The notes beneath the pieces were generated by a model. That model did no database searches. It had not been told where the DNA came from and saw only the letters and a list, made by a program, of their open reading frames with translations. Shown in pieces: positions 46,700 to 55,490 of a DNA stretch of 64,000 bases; within the stretch, counting starts at the first letter, position 1, and every line of letters starts with the position of its first letter. Both the position numbers and the translations under genes were made by a program. This stretch comes from an uncultured Chloroflexia bacterium (GTDB lineage Bacteria > Chloroflexota > Limnocylindria > Limnocylindrales > CSP1-4), in NCBI GenBank assembly GCA_963750125.1, contig CAVVPT010000026.1, forward strand, positions 88,993-152,992, read 5' to 3'.

Positions 46700-49188
46700 C
46701 CGACGACCCCTGAGAGCTCGACACCGAGGTTGAAGCTGACGCTGTCGGAGTTCTCGTTGACGAAGCGCACGAGCAGGGTGCCCGTCGTCGGCTCGACGTA
46801 GGACGCCGGTGAGGCGAGGCTGTAGCGCTGGCCCTGGGTGAGGTGCGGCAGGCGGCGCCATTCGCTCGACGCGACGTCGAAGACCTCGATCTCGGGCATG
46901 CCGTCGAAGTTCACGTTGCCATTGGGCGCGATCTCACCTGGGCAGTCCTCGAGCTGCGCGTTGCACGCCGGCGGGATCTCATCGAGTGGCTCGACTGGCT
47001 TGGGCTTGGGCCCGCCTCCGACCCCGATGTCGCCCCCGAAGCCCATGTTGAGCACGACGTCGGTGGTGCGGAACGAGCCCTCGAATGGGATCGGGCGGTA
47101 CGCCGTCGTCGCTGAACCGCGGCCCATGTCGATCGACCACGGCGACTTGTTGAAGAAGCCGGAATCGGTGCTGATCACGCTCGAGCGGAGCAGGTCCGAG
47201 GTGAACGCCGTCTGCCCATGGATCGCGAGCGGCGCGTTGAGGTAGTACAGGACGTTCCCCGTGCGCCGCGGCACCTGCCCCTGGATCTCGATGTCGAGCA
47301 CGTCATTGGAGCCCCAGGCCAGGATCACCGGGCCTTCGGACGGCAGCTGGTTCGAGGTTCCGAACATGGGATCGTAGGTCAGCTGGTCGACCATCGTGTG
47401 GCGGACGTACTGGCGGATGACCGCTTCCGTGGCACGTGATGCGTCCGGGAAGAACACCGAGCCAACGACCTTGTCGGACAGCGGCTGGCCGAAGAAGGTC
47501 GGCGAGATGCGGGTGTTGATCTCGGCGCGCTCGCCGGGATCGAGGTCTTTCAGGACCTGGACCGTCGAGCCGAGCACGACCGCGGGCTTCTCCAGCCGTT
47601 CGGTCGACGCGTTGCGCACCGATCCCTTGAGGAAGCCGTCGACGAGCTGAAGATCGGCCTCGATGAGCGGGACGCTCGCCGGCGTCTCGGCACGCACGGC
47701 GCGCAGCGAGGCGACGCCGACCGCGAGGTCGCGGACGCGCGACGGGTTCCCCTGCAGGATGTCGAGCCCGCCAGCCGTCGCATCGCCGCCGAAGAACTCG
47801 CCGCTGACCGGCGGGGACAGCAGGGCGCCGCCGGGCACCGCGAGCTGGTACGTCTCGCGCGTGGGCGAGAAGACCCCGAGATAGACCTGGGCCGTGCCGT
47901 CGGTAGCGCCCGGGGCGCCTCGCACGATGGCGATCTCATTCACGATCACGCTGCTGCCCCGCAGTGCAGCCCCGAACCCGTACGCCCCCACGGCGAAAAC
48001 CACGATCAGGATCGGCATGGTGACCCACGCCCACTCGCGCCGGTCGAGGCGGCGCAGGACGAGATAGTTGACCGGTCCGATCAGCAGGATGTACGCCCCG
48101 AGGAGCAGGAGCAGCCCGCCGATCGGCGGCAGGGCGAGGGCCGGCAACTGCGAGACCGCGCTGATCATCTGGTTGTCGTCGGTGAGGACCTGGCCGGTCG
48201 TGGTCCGCTCTGGCAGCAGCCGCCGCCAGAGGCTTTCGGCCGCGGTCGTCTCGGCGATCCACGGCGTGGCGGGATCGAAGCCGACGATCGTCACGAGCCC
48301 GCTGCCGTAGGGCCGCTCGGCGGCGACGACCCGGTCGCCGACCGAGGCGAGCGCACGCCCGCCGATGAGGTCGCCCGACAGGGCCACGACGTCGGCCGCG
48401 TTCTCGGGCACCTCACCGAGGAGGCCGGCGAGCGACTGGGGCGCGGCATCGACGGTCGCCAGCGGGCGATAGGGGAGGATCGTGTCGGGGAACGCCGAGA
48501 GCGTTGCGGGACCGGCGGTCCCGCCTGCGATCACCAGCCGACCACCACTCGCCAGCCAGCCCTGGAGCGCGGCAAGCTGCTCAGGCTCGAGGAGGTTCGA
48601 GTCGACGTCCTGCCAGATCAGCCGGTCGATGGCGCTCCACGCCTCGACACGCGACGGCAGGTCGGCCGGCGTAAGCGCGAGCGTGACCGCGGCCTGCTGC
48701 TGCTGGTTCGGGAGCAGGCTCAGCCCGCTGACGATGTCCTGTGGCCGTTCGGCCACGATACCCACGACCAGCTGGGCCGCGTCGCGGACCGAGTACTCGG
48801 CACGGGCCGACGCAATCTCGTTGTCGCCCTCGACAAGGTCGACCTTGATCTCGCGCCCGAAGCCCGGAGGTTGGGCGTACAGCAGGTAGATCTTGTCCGA
48901 ACCGGTAGGCAGGTCGACGGGAGTCCCGTACTGCGTCGGGCTCCCCGCGCCGCCGTCGAGCCGGAGTTCGCCGGTGACCGACGGCCCGTCATTGCGGAGG
49001 TGGACCTCGACGGCCATCCAGGAGCCGGCCCGGGCGTGACCAGCAAGCATGACTCGCGCCTCCATCGTCGGCGCGTCGCTGTCGGCCGCTGCCACCGGGG
49101 CCGCCAGGGAGACGAGCCCGATGAGGACCAGAACCGGAATAGGGAGCAGGCGGGCGACGATGCTCTTGCTCTGGGATGGACGGCGCAC
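46696..49188 (-). CDS. Large conserved-hypothetical envelope protein (signal peptide, extracytoplasmic N-domain, central TM bundle, beta-rich C-domain)
   Basis: GTG at 49188 with ggag 5 nt upstream. Signal LLPIPVLVLIGLVSLAAPVAAA. Central helices (LLLLLGAYILLIGPVNYLVL, WVTMPILIVVFAVGAYGFGAAL). 830 aa. First gene of the ABC/MoxR/VWA operon. Confidence 0.65.
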   Translation of the reverse strand: MRRPSQSKSIVARLLPIPVLVLIGLVSLAAPVAAADSDAPTMEARVMLAGHARAGSWMAVEVHLRNDGPSVTGELRLDGGAGSPTQYGTPVDLPTGSDKIYLLYAQPPGFGREIKVDLVEGDNEIASARAEYSVRDAAQLVVGIVAERPQDIVSGLSLLPNQQQQAAVTLALTPADLPSRVEAWSAIDRLIWQDVDSNLLEPEQLAALQGWLASGGRLVIAGGTAGPATLSAFPDTILPYRPLATVDAAPQSLAGLLGEVPENAADVVALSGDLIGGRALASVGDRVVAAERPYGSGLVTIVGFDPATPWIAETTAAESLWRRLLPERTTTGQVLTDDNQMISAVSQLPALALPPIGGLLLLLGAYILLIGPVNYLVLRRLDRREWAWVTMPILIVVFAVGAYGFGAALRGSSVIVNEIAIVRGAPGATDGTAQVYLGVFSPTRETYQLAVPGGALLSPPVSGEFFGGDATAGGLDILQGNPSRVRDLAVGVASLRAVRAETPASVPLIEADLQLVDGFLKGSVRNASTERLEKPAVVLGSTVQVLKDLDPGERAEINTRISPTFFGQPLSDKVVGSVFFPDASRATEAVIRQYVRHTMVDQLTYDPMFGTSNQLPSEGPVILAWGSNDVLDIEIQGQVPRRTGNVLYYLNAPLAIHGQTAFTSDLLRSSVISTDSGFFNKSPWSIDMGRGSATTAYRPIPFEGSFRTTDVVLNMGFGGDIGVGGGPKPKPVEPLDEIPPACNAQLEDCPGEIAPNGNVNFDGMPEIEVFDVASSEWRRLPHLTQGQRYSLASPASYVEPTTGTLLVRFVNENSDSVSFNLGVELSGVVG

Positions 49189-49369
49189 GCTTACTCCGCT
49201 GACGGTGGTTGGTCGGTGACGGAGCAAGGACGTCTCGGCCCCCCAGAAAGTTGCGCCGCCGACCGGCCGGCTCGTGCGCCCGGGGACGGTCCGGGCGTCG
49301 TGGCCGCGGCTATCGTACGATGCTTTCCTTCCACCATCGCCCGCGACGCAGGTCGCCGACGAGGACACC

Positions 49370-50698
49370 GTGCCCCAGATCCGCCCCTTCCGAGCGCTTC
49401 GCTTCGACCCGTCCGTCGTCGGAGACCTCACCAACGTTGTCGCACCGCCCTACGACGTGATCGACCAGGAGCGCCGCTCCGCCCTCGTTGCCCGGCACCC
49501 AGCCAACGTCGTCCGGCTCGACCTGCCGGCCGAGGAGGCCGGAGACGAGCCCGACCAGCGGTATCGCCGCGCCGCCCGGACGCTGGCCGCGTGGCGGTCC
49601 GACGGCACGTTCCGCAAGGATCCGCACCCGTCCATTTACGTGTATGAGCAGACGTTCTGCGTTCCCGGGTCTACGAAGGAGTCCACCCAGCGCGGTTTCT
49701 TCGCGCGGCTGCGGCTCGAGTCGTTCGAGCCCGGCTCGACAGTGCTGCCGCACGAGCGGACGCTCACCGGGCCGAAGGAGGACCGCTACAAGCTCCTCCG
49801 CGCGACCGGTGTCAACACGAGTCCCGTCGTGGCGCTCTATCGCGACGTCGGCGGGCGCTCGGCCCAGCTCCTGGAGGAACTGACGAGCGGCACACCCGCG
49901 GTCGACGTGACCGACGACGAGGGCACACGCCACCGGATGTGGCCGGTGCCGGCCGACGGAGCGGATCCGAACGTCGCCGTGGCCGCCCTGCTGGGCGCTG
50001 CGTCCCGCGGTCCGATCACGATCGCCGACGGCCATCACCGCTACGAGACCGCGCTGCGCTATCGGGATGAGCGGCGGATGACCCGCTCGTGCGACGAGGA
50101 TCCCGCCTTCGACTACCTGCTTGTTCTGCTGCTGGAGGCCGGCGAGCCCCTCACCGTGCTGCCGACCCACCGCCTCGTGCGCACGGGGGCAGGCACGGCA
50201 TCGCGCGCTGATCTGCTGGAGCGGGCTCGCGACCTGTTCGAGGTCGTCGAAGACGTGGACCGTGATGGTCTGCTCGCGGCGTTCGAGTCACCGGGCGAGG
50301 GCGGTCGGGGGAGGTTCGGGATCTGGATCGGGGAGTCCGACGGAGGCCGCGGGGCGATCCTGACGGCGCGCCGGAACCAGTTCCGCCCGCACCTGCCGCC
50401 AGGAGGCGAGGCGGTCCACGGGCTCGACGTGGCCTTGCTCGGCGTTGCCCTCGAGCAGCTCGTCGGCGTGGATGCGGCGGCGGTCTCGAGCGGCGCGATC
50501 GGCTACACCAAGTCCGCTCGCGATGCCCTCGACGCCGTCGACCGCGGCGACCAGTTCGATCTAGCGTTCCTGCTCGATCCGACACCGGTGGCCGACATCC
50601 TGGCCGTGGCAGCCGATGGCGACGTAATGCCCCAGAAATCGACCTACTTCTATCCGAAGGCCCTGACCGGCCTCGTGATCAATCCCCACGAATGGTGA
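49370..50698 (+). CDS. DUF1015 family protein
   Basis: VPQIRPFRALRFDP..VVAPPYDVI N-terminal signature. GTG at 49370. Confidence 0.8.
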   Translation: MPQIRPFRALRFDPSVVGDLTNVVAPPYDVIDQERRSALVARHPANVVRLDLPAEEAGDEPDQRYRRAARTLAAWRSDGTFRKDPHPSIYVYEQTFCVPGSTKESTQRGFFARLRLESFEPGSTVLPHERTLTGPKEDRYKLLRATGVNTSPVVALYRDVGGRSAQLLEELTSGTPAVDVTDDEGTRHRMWPVPADGADPNVAVAALLGAASRGPITIADGHHRYETALRYRDERRMTRSCDEDPAFDYLLVLLLEAGEPLTVLPTHRLVRTGAGTASRADLLERARDLFEVVEDVDRDGLLAAFESPGEGGRGRFGIWIGESDGGRGAILTARRNQFRPHLPPGGEAVHGLDVALLGVALEQLVGVDAAAVSSGAIGYTKSARDALDAVDRGDQFDLAFLLDPTPVADILAVAADGDVMPQKSTYFYPKALTGLVINPHEW

Positions 50699-50702
50699 CC
50701 GC

Positions 50703-51584
50703 ATGACCGATACCCGTCCGCCCGAGCCGATCCTCTCCCGCACCAACAGCCCGACCGCGAACGGCCGTCCGGTGCGTAAGGACGAGATCGAGCTCCACGA
50801 TCGCGGGCTGTACATCGAGTCGTGGCTGCCGGAGCGTCGCTCACGGCGAAAGCCGTTGCTGCTGGTCCACGGCGAGCTCGGCGGTTCGTGGGTCTGGGAG
50901 CGCTACCTCGGCTACTTCGCGGGCCGCGGCTGGGAGGGCCACGCGCTCAACCTGCGCAACCACCACTGGTCGTTGACCGCGGATCCGACGGAGCTCTCGT
51001 TCGAGACCTACACGGAGGACGTCGTCGCGGCGATGGACCGCCTCGGGCCGAACACCGTGGCGATCGGCCACGGCCTGGGCGGCCTGCTCGTGCTCAAGGC
51101 TGCCGAACGCATGCCGATCGCCGCCCTCATCCTGATCAGCCCCGAGCCGCCGCGCGACCTGCGCGAGGCAGTGCGCCCTCACGAGCTGCGCGAGATCCCC
51201 GACGTGTACGGCCGCTCACTCGTGGGCTGGGAGACGCTCCCGGAGCGACTGCAGCGCGACGCCCGCGACCTGACGATCGAGGACGTGCTGCGCATCCAGC
51301 ACCTGATGGGTCAAAAGCCGCACGAGTCGGGCCAGACCCGGCGCCAGATGCTGGCAGGGGTCCCGGTCGACACACGGGCGATCATGGCCGTCCCGCGGCT
51401 GGTCATCGGCGGCGGGCTGGATCGGACGGTTCCCCTTGGCGATTCCGAACGCGTGGCCGAGTGGATCGACGCCCAGTTCGAGCCGTTCGGGGCGCATTCG
51501 CACTATGGGCTGGTCCTCGGCGAGCAGAGTTTCCAGCAGGTGGCGGAGGCGATCCGCGGGTTCCTGGAGTTGAATCGGCTCTAG
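50703..51584 (+). CDS. Alpha/beta-fold hydrolase-like protein with Gly in place of the nucleophile Ser
   Basis: LLLVHGELGG oxyanion region. The nucleophile elbow reads IGHGLGGLL (codons cac ggc ctg ggc ggc at 51067-51081). A late Asp (GGGLDRTV) and His (FGAHSHYG) are present. Confidence 0.7.
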   Translation: MTDTRPPEPILSRTNSPTANGRPVRKDEIELHDRGLYIESWLPERRSRRKPLLLVHGELGGSWVWERYLGYFAGRGWEGHALNLRNHHWSLTADPTELSFETYTEDVVAAMDRLGPNTVAIGHGLGGLLVLKAAERMPIAALILISPEPPRDLREAVRPHELREIPDVYGRSLVGWETLPERLQRDARDLTIEDVLRIQHLMGQKPHESGQTRRQMLAGVPVDTRAIMAVPRLVIGGGLDRTVPLGDSERVAEWIDAQFEPFGAHSHYGLVLGEQSFQQVAEAIRGFLELNRL

Positions 51585-51993
51585 AAGGCACCGGCCGCCG
51601 AAGCTCCCGGAGGCGTCCGGCCGCCGACCTGGCGGCCAAATACCAGCCCCGGTGATTGAAGGGCAGAAGTCTGGGCCAATTCGGTCGGTTGTGGACCCGA
51701 CTTTGTGGCCATTTCCGCTCCGCCGCGACTACTGGCCACCAAACTGGCCCCTGTCGGGGCGCTGGTCCTGACTTTCAATCCTGGGACGAATATTTGGCCA
51801 ACTTCCGGGCCCAGCGAGTGGTCCTGCGGTCGCCCTCAGTCGCGCTCATGCTCCAGCAACCAGGCGTAGACATCGTGGCCGGCCGACAGGTCGCACGTGC
51901 GGCTCGACGCGTCGCGGTCGGCGTCGGGTAGGTCGTCAGCTCTAGCTCGTCTGGCTGCGGAATCGGGATACGGGCAGACGCGCCGGCGCAGAC

Positions 51994-53351
51994 TCATGGC
52001 ACTGGTTGCCAATATGCGTCGCCGTGTCCGGATTCCAAGTCCATGACCCCCGCGGCTGACGGCGCGTAGGGGCAGATGGTGCATCCGGCAGCGGTCAGAT
52101 CGGCAAGGTTGTCGTCATCGATCTGCACGTCGCCGGTGCCGTCCGTGTTGATCAACAGGACTTCGTCGAAGACTCCACCGCCGAGGGAATGGCGGAACAC
52201 TATCTGTCCAGCATTGGTCCACTCCCCCCACCCCGCGCCGCCGTCGGTCGTCAGGCGTCGCATGTCGGTGCCGTCTGGCCGAATCGTGTAGAGGTCGGTC
52301 GCCCAGAGGCGGGTCGACGGTTTCCTCTCGTCACCCCAGAAGGCGATCCTCGTGCCATCTGGCGACCAGCTCGGATCGAACGCAACCATCTCGGCCGAGG
52401 TGAGTTGCAACAACTCGCTGCCGTCGGCGTTCACCACAAAGACTGTTCGCCGCCCGGCAGGTGCCAGCGTGCAGTGTCTTGCCGGTGCCATCCCTGTCGA
52501 ATACCAGAAGTGTTCCATCAGGCGACCAGCTGGGCCGACTGTTCCTGAACCGTAGGCCATCACTGGCCGCCGAATCGCACTGTCTCACGTCCGGAGTGCG
52601 GGTCGAATCGAACTTGGTGACCTGTCTCGTCGAGAGATCCATGATCGCGACCGTCGATCGCTCGGTGCCTCCTCCTTCGGAGATGACGTATGCGATGCGA
52701 CCGCCGTCTGGCGAGAAAGGACTTCACCGTCGCCGCCGCTCAACGCGCACGAACCATCTTCTGCGGCACAGATCAACTCGGGCTCGGAGCCGTCAGCGTC
52801 GGTGGCAAACACGGGCCCTGAACCGTCGCCGCGCGGCTCCCGATAGAGGAGGCGCGAGCCGTCGGGTGACCACCCGAGAATCTCCTGGGTGCCGGGAACT
52901 TGAGCCAGGAGCTCGCGTGCGCCGGATCCGTCGGCGTTCACGATCCAAATCCGCAGCACGCAGGGAGCCGGCGGGGTCTTAGCGCAGTCACCCTGCCGCA
53001 CCGTGTAGGCGACGACCCCGACCTGAGGCGGGTGCGACGGATCGAGAGGGGAGCGCCGTCGCCGACGGCCAGGCGACGGACCGGTACGACCGTCGGCCGC
53101 TCGACCAGCCGCAGCCCGACGGCGACGGCGCCCGCGACGAGCGCAACGAGCAGGGCGGCCGGGGCAACAAGGACGATCAGCGAGCGCCGGCTCGAGCGCC
53201 GCGACCGGATCGAAACCGGGGCGAGGAGCCGGGGTGACGCGCTGGACAGGCTCGTAGGCGACGGCCCGCTGCTCGTATCGGTCCACAGGTCAGGCGCGCG
53301 CACCTGGTCAAGACTGGCGAAGCGGCGTCGAAGGTCATCCATCGCGGTCAC
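51994..53351 (-). pseudogene. Anti-sigma-like membrane protein with PD40/TolB-type beta-propeller repeats, at least three frame changes
   Basis: N-terminus MDDLRRRFASLDQVRAPDLW, TM LIVLVAPAALLVALVAGAVAV, then PD40 units in other frames (WSPDGSRLLY, FSPDGGRIAYV, WSPDGTLLVF, WSPDGTRIAF). Breaks near 53045, 52715 and 52478. The start overlaps the sigma-factor stop. Confidence 0.65.
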
Positions 53352-53829
53352 CCAGGATGTCTCGGAGGCGGCGTCGGCCGCGGCTCAGGTTGGCCCGCAC
53401 CGCCAGGCTGTTGGTGCCCAGGCGGTCGGCGATCTGGCGGATCGGGAGATCGGCGTAGTAGAAGAGGATCACGGCGGCTCGCTGGCCGTCAGGCAGCTGG
53501 CGAACGGCGGTCAGCAGGTCGTGATCGGCATAGACGTCCGCATGCTCGCCGCCGCTCTCGGCCGGTGAAGCGTGGTCGGACCCGCGGGCCTTCAGGGCAC
53601 CCCGGCTGATCCGGAAGGCCGCGCGCCACACCCAGGCCGCTGGGTCGCGGACGGCCGGGCCACGGCGCAGCAGCTGGGCGTACGCCTCGGCGACGGCATC
53701 GCTCGCGATCTCCGTGTCGCCGGCGAAGGCGTAGACCGCGCGCCACAGCCGGTCGGCATCGGCCCGGTACAGGGCTTCGATGTCGTTCTGCGTGTCGAGC
53801 ACGGCCAGGGCGCTGTCCATCACCTGCAC
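53335..53829 (-). CDS. ECF-type RNA polymerase sigma factor (sigma-70 regions 2 and 4)
   Basis: Region 2-like DAVAEAYAQLLR. Region 4: LPDGQRAAVILFYYADLPIRQIADRLGTNSLAVRANLSRGRRRL. Confidence 0.8.
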   Translation of the reverse strand: MQVMDSALAVLDTQNDIEALYRADADRLWRAVYAFAGDTEIASDAVAEAYAQLLRRGPAVRDPAAWVWRAAFRISRGALKARGSDHASPAESGGEHADVYADHDLLTAVRQLPDGQRAAVILFYYADLPIRQIADRLGTNSLAVRANLSRGRRRLRDILGDRDG

Positions 53830-53919
53830 AGGGCTTGATTGGGGCCAAAAGGTGACATGCCACTGCCGTTGATCACGCGGTCCATCACCTGCTTAGGGCG
53901 CGAACACCGCGATCTCGAC

Positions 53920-55338
53920 TCAATCTTCGATCTGGGCGCAAACCTCCGGGTCGCCGCAGGAGGCGGGGACTCCACCGACGATGGTCGCGACGACCGACAT
54001 GGCCCGGATCTCGTCCGGGGTGGCGCCGCCGGTGACGTCGCCGCTCAGGATCGTGACGTCACCCAGGGTTCCCGGCGCCAGGTGCCCGCGCCGCGCGTCG
54101 TCGCCCAGGGCCCAGGCTGCGTCGAGCGTCACCGCACGCAAACCCTGCTCGGCGGTCAACGTCTGGTCGAGCAGCCACGACGGCATCTCAGGATTCATGC
54201 GCTGCTTCCCGTCCATTCCGGCGGCGATCTGGTCGACGGGGCGGCCCATGTCATCGGTCAGCTCGACCAACCGATCGCCTTGCTCGAAGTCCGGAAACGT
54301 CCACGGCGCGTCCGTTGCAAAAGCGACATGCAGCCCGGCGTCCACGAAGTCGCGCCAGCGGCCGACCTGCTCCTCGATGTCTGCCGGTGGGTCGTCGCGG
54401 TCGAAGTCGGCCAGGAAGCCGTCATACATGATCCAGTCAGGTTCGCCATCCGGGTGGATCACGGTGGCAAGGTCCAACGCGACCATACGGGCCAGCTCCT
54501 CGTCGGTCACCTGGACGACATGCTCGATCCGGTGGTGGAGTGGATTGGGCCCGGTCGGGCCAAGTGCCGCCTCGAATGCATCGAGAACGAGTTCCTGCGC
54601 CTCGGAGCTCATGCTGTGGACCGAGACCTGCCAGCCGGCCTCGTTCGCCCGGCCGATCGTGGCGGTGAGCTCCGCCGGCTCCCAGTTCACGATCGTGCCC
54701 GAGCCATTGTCCAGGTGGATCTTCAAACCCTGGACGCGGAGGCGGTCATCGACGATGCCCGGCTTCCGATCGGCGTACCAGTCTCCGAGGAACTCCTTGT
54801 CGAAGTTGAGAGCGAGGTAGGCGTCGACGCGGAGCTGAAGGGCGGCGTCAGCAGCGAGGGCCTCGAGCTCGTCGATGCGCTCCTGGTTGACCCACTGCTC
54901 GCTGATCGAGGTCCACCCGCGCGTCACGGCCAGGTCCATGGCTTCGGCCGGCGACCCCACGCCGTAGTACTCGCGGTCACCGATCCAGTGAGCGTGAGCA
55001 TCGATGAATCCGGGGTAGGCGACGTTCTTCCCGATGTCGACGACGGGAACGTCCCCGCCGGCGCTGGCCAGCACCTCCTCGCGGGTGCCGACCGCGGCCA
55101 CCGTGCCGTCCTCGATGAGGAGTGCCTCCGCGACGGGCGGCTCGTCCATGGTCACGATCCGGCCAACGATGACAAGGCTCCCGGTCCCCGGAGCGTGGAG
55201 ACTGGGAGCCGACGCTGTTGCCGGGGAGCCGCTCGCCGATGAGGACGGCGACCCCGGGGAGCTCGTGCTACTCGGGGCGCAGCCCGTGACGAAGGCGAGC
55301 ACGACCATGGCCGCCGCTAACCACAGTTGCTTGGTCAT
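53920..55338 (-). CDS. Amidohydrolase-family (amidohydrolase 3-like) lipoprotein
   Basis: Lipobox LAFVTGC. Metal motif GFIDAHAHW. 472 aa. Confidence 0.8.
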   Translation of the reverse strand: MTKQLWLAAAMVVLAFVTGCAPSSTSSPGSPSSSASGSPATASAPSLHAPGTGSLVIVGRIVTMDEPPVAEALLIEDGTVAAVGTREEVLASAGGDVPVVDIGKNVAYPGFIDAHAHWIGDREYYGVGSPAEAMDLAVTRGWTSISEQWVNQERIDELEALAADAALQLRVDAYLALNFDKEFLGDWYADRKPGIVDDRLRVQGLKIHLDNGSGTIVNWEPAELTATIGRANEAGWQVSVHSMSSEAQELVLDAFEAALGPTGPNPLHHRIEHVVQVTDEELARMVALDLATVIHPDGEPDWIMYDGFLADFDRDDPPADIEEQVGRWRDFVDAGLHVAFATDAPWTFPDFEQGDRLVELTDDMGRPVDQIAAGMDGKQRMNPEMPSWLLDQTLTAEQGLRAVTLDAAWALGDDARRGHLAPGTLGDVTILSGDVTGGATPDEIRAMSVVATIVGGVPASCGDPEVCAQIED

Positions 55339-55380
55339 GGCACGGCTCCTTGGGACGGGGAGGCGAGGTCTCGACTGTTA

Positions 55381-55412
55381 GGAGCCATTGGGGAAGCCGA
55401 AGTGTTCAAATT
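55381..55412 (-). promoter_or_regulatory. ECF-type promoter motif copy A (TTGAAC..GGCTTCCC..GCTCC) upstream of the amidohydrolase
   Basis: Minus strand reads aatTTGAACacTtcGGCTtcCCcaatgGCTCc, about 43 nt upstream of the ATG at 55338. It aligns with copies B and C. Confidence 0.55.
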
Positions 55413-55490
55413 CGCAACGGGTTGAGTGCCACTGAACCGCGTTGCGGTTGGGGGAGCGCGGGAGCCCGGTCAGGGCCCCCGCGTATCCGT

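Noticed and set aside
51656-51931. 91-aa plus-strand ORF (and the 65-aa minus-strand ORF 51581..51778) in the long convergent spacer
   Set aside because: There is no ribosome-binding site. The composition and sequence look non-protein-like (for example GHFRSAATTGHQTGPCRGAG). The region is better described as non-coding or as a degraded tail.
53905-53925. GATTGA string resembling the start of the shared ECF promoter motif, upstream of the third sigma gene
   Set aside because: It is simply the last codons and stop of the amidohydrolase (..IED*). The rest of the motif (GGCT..CC..CTC) is absent.
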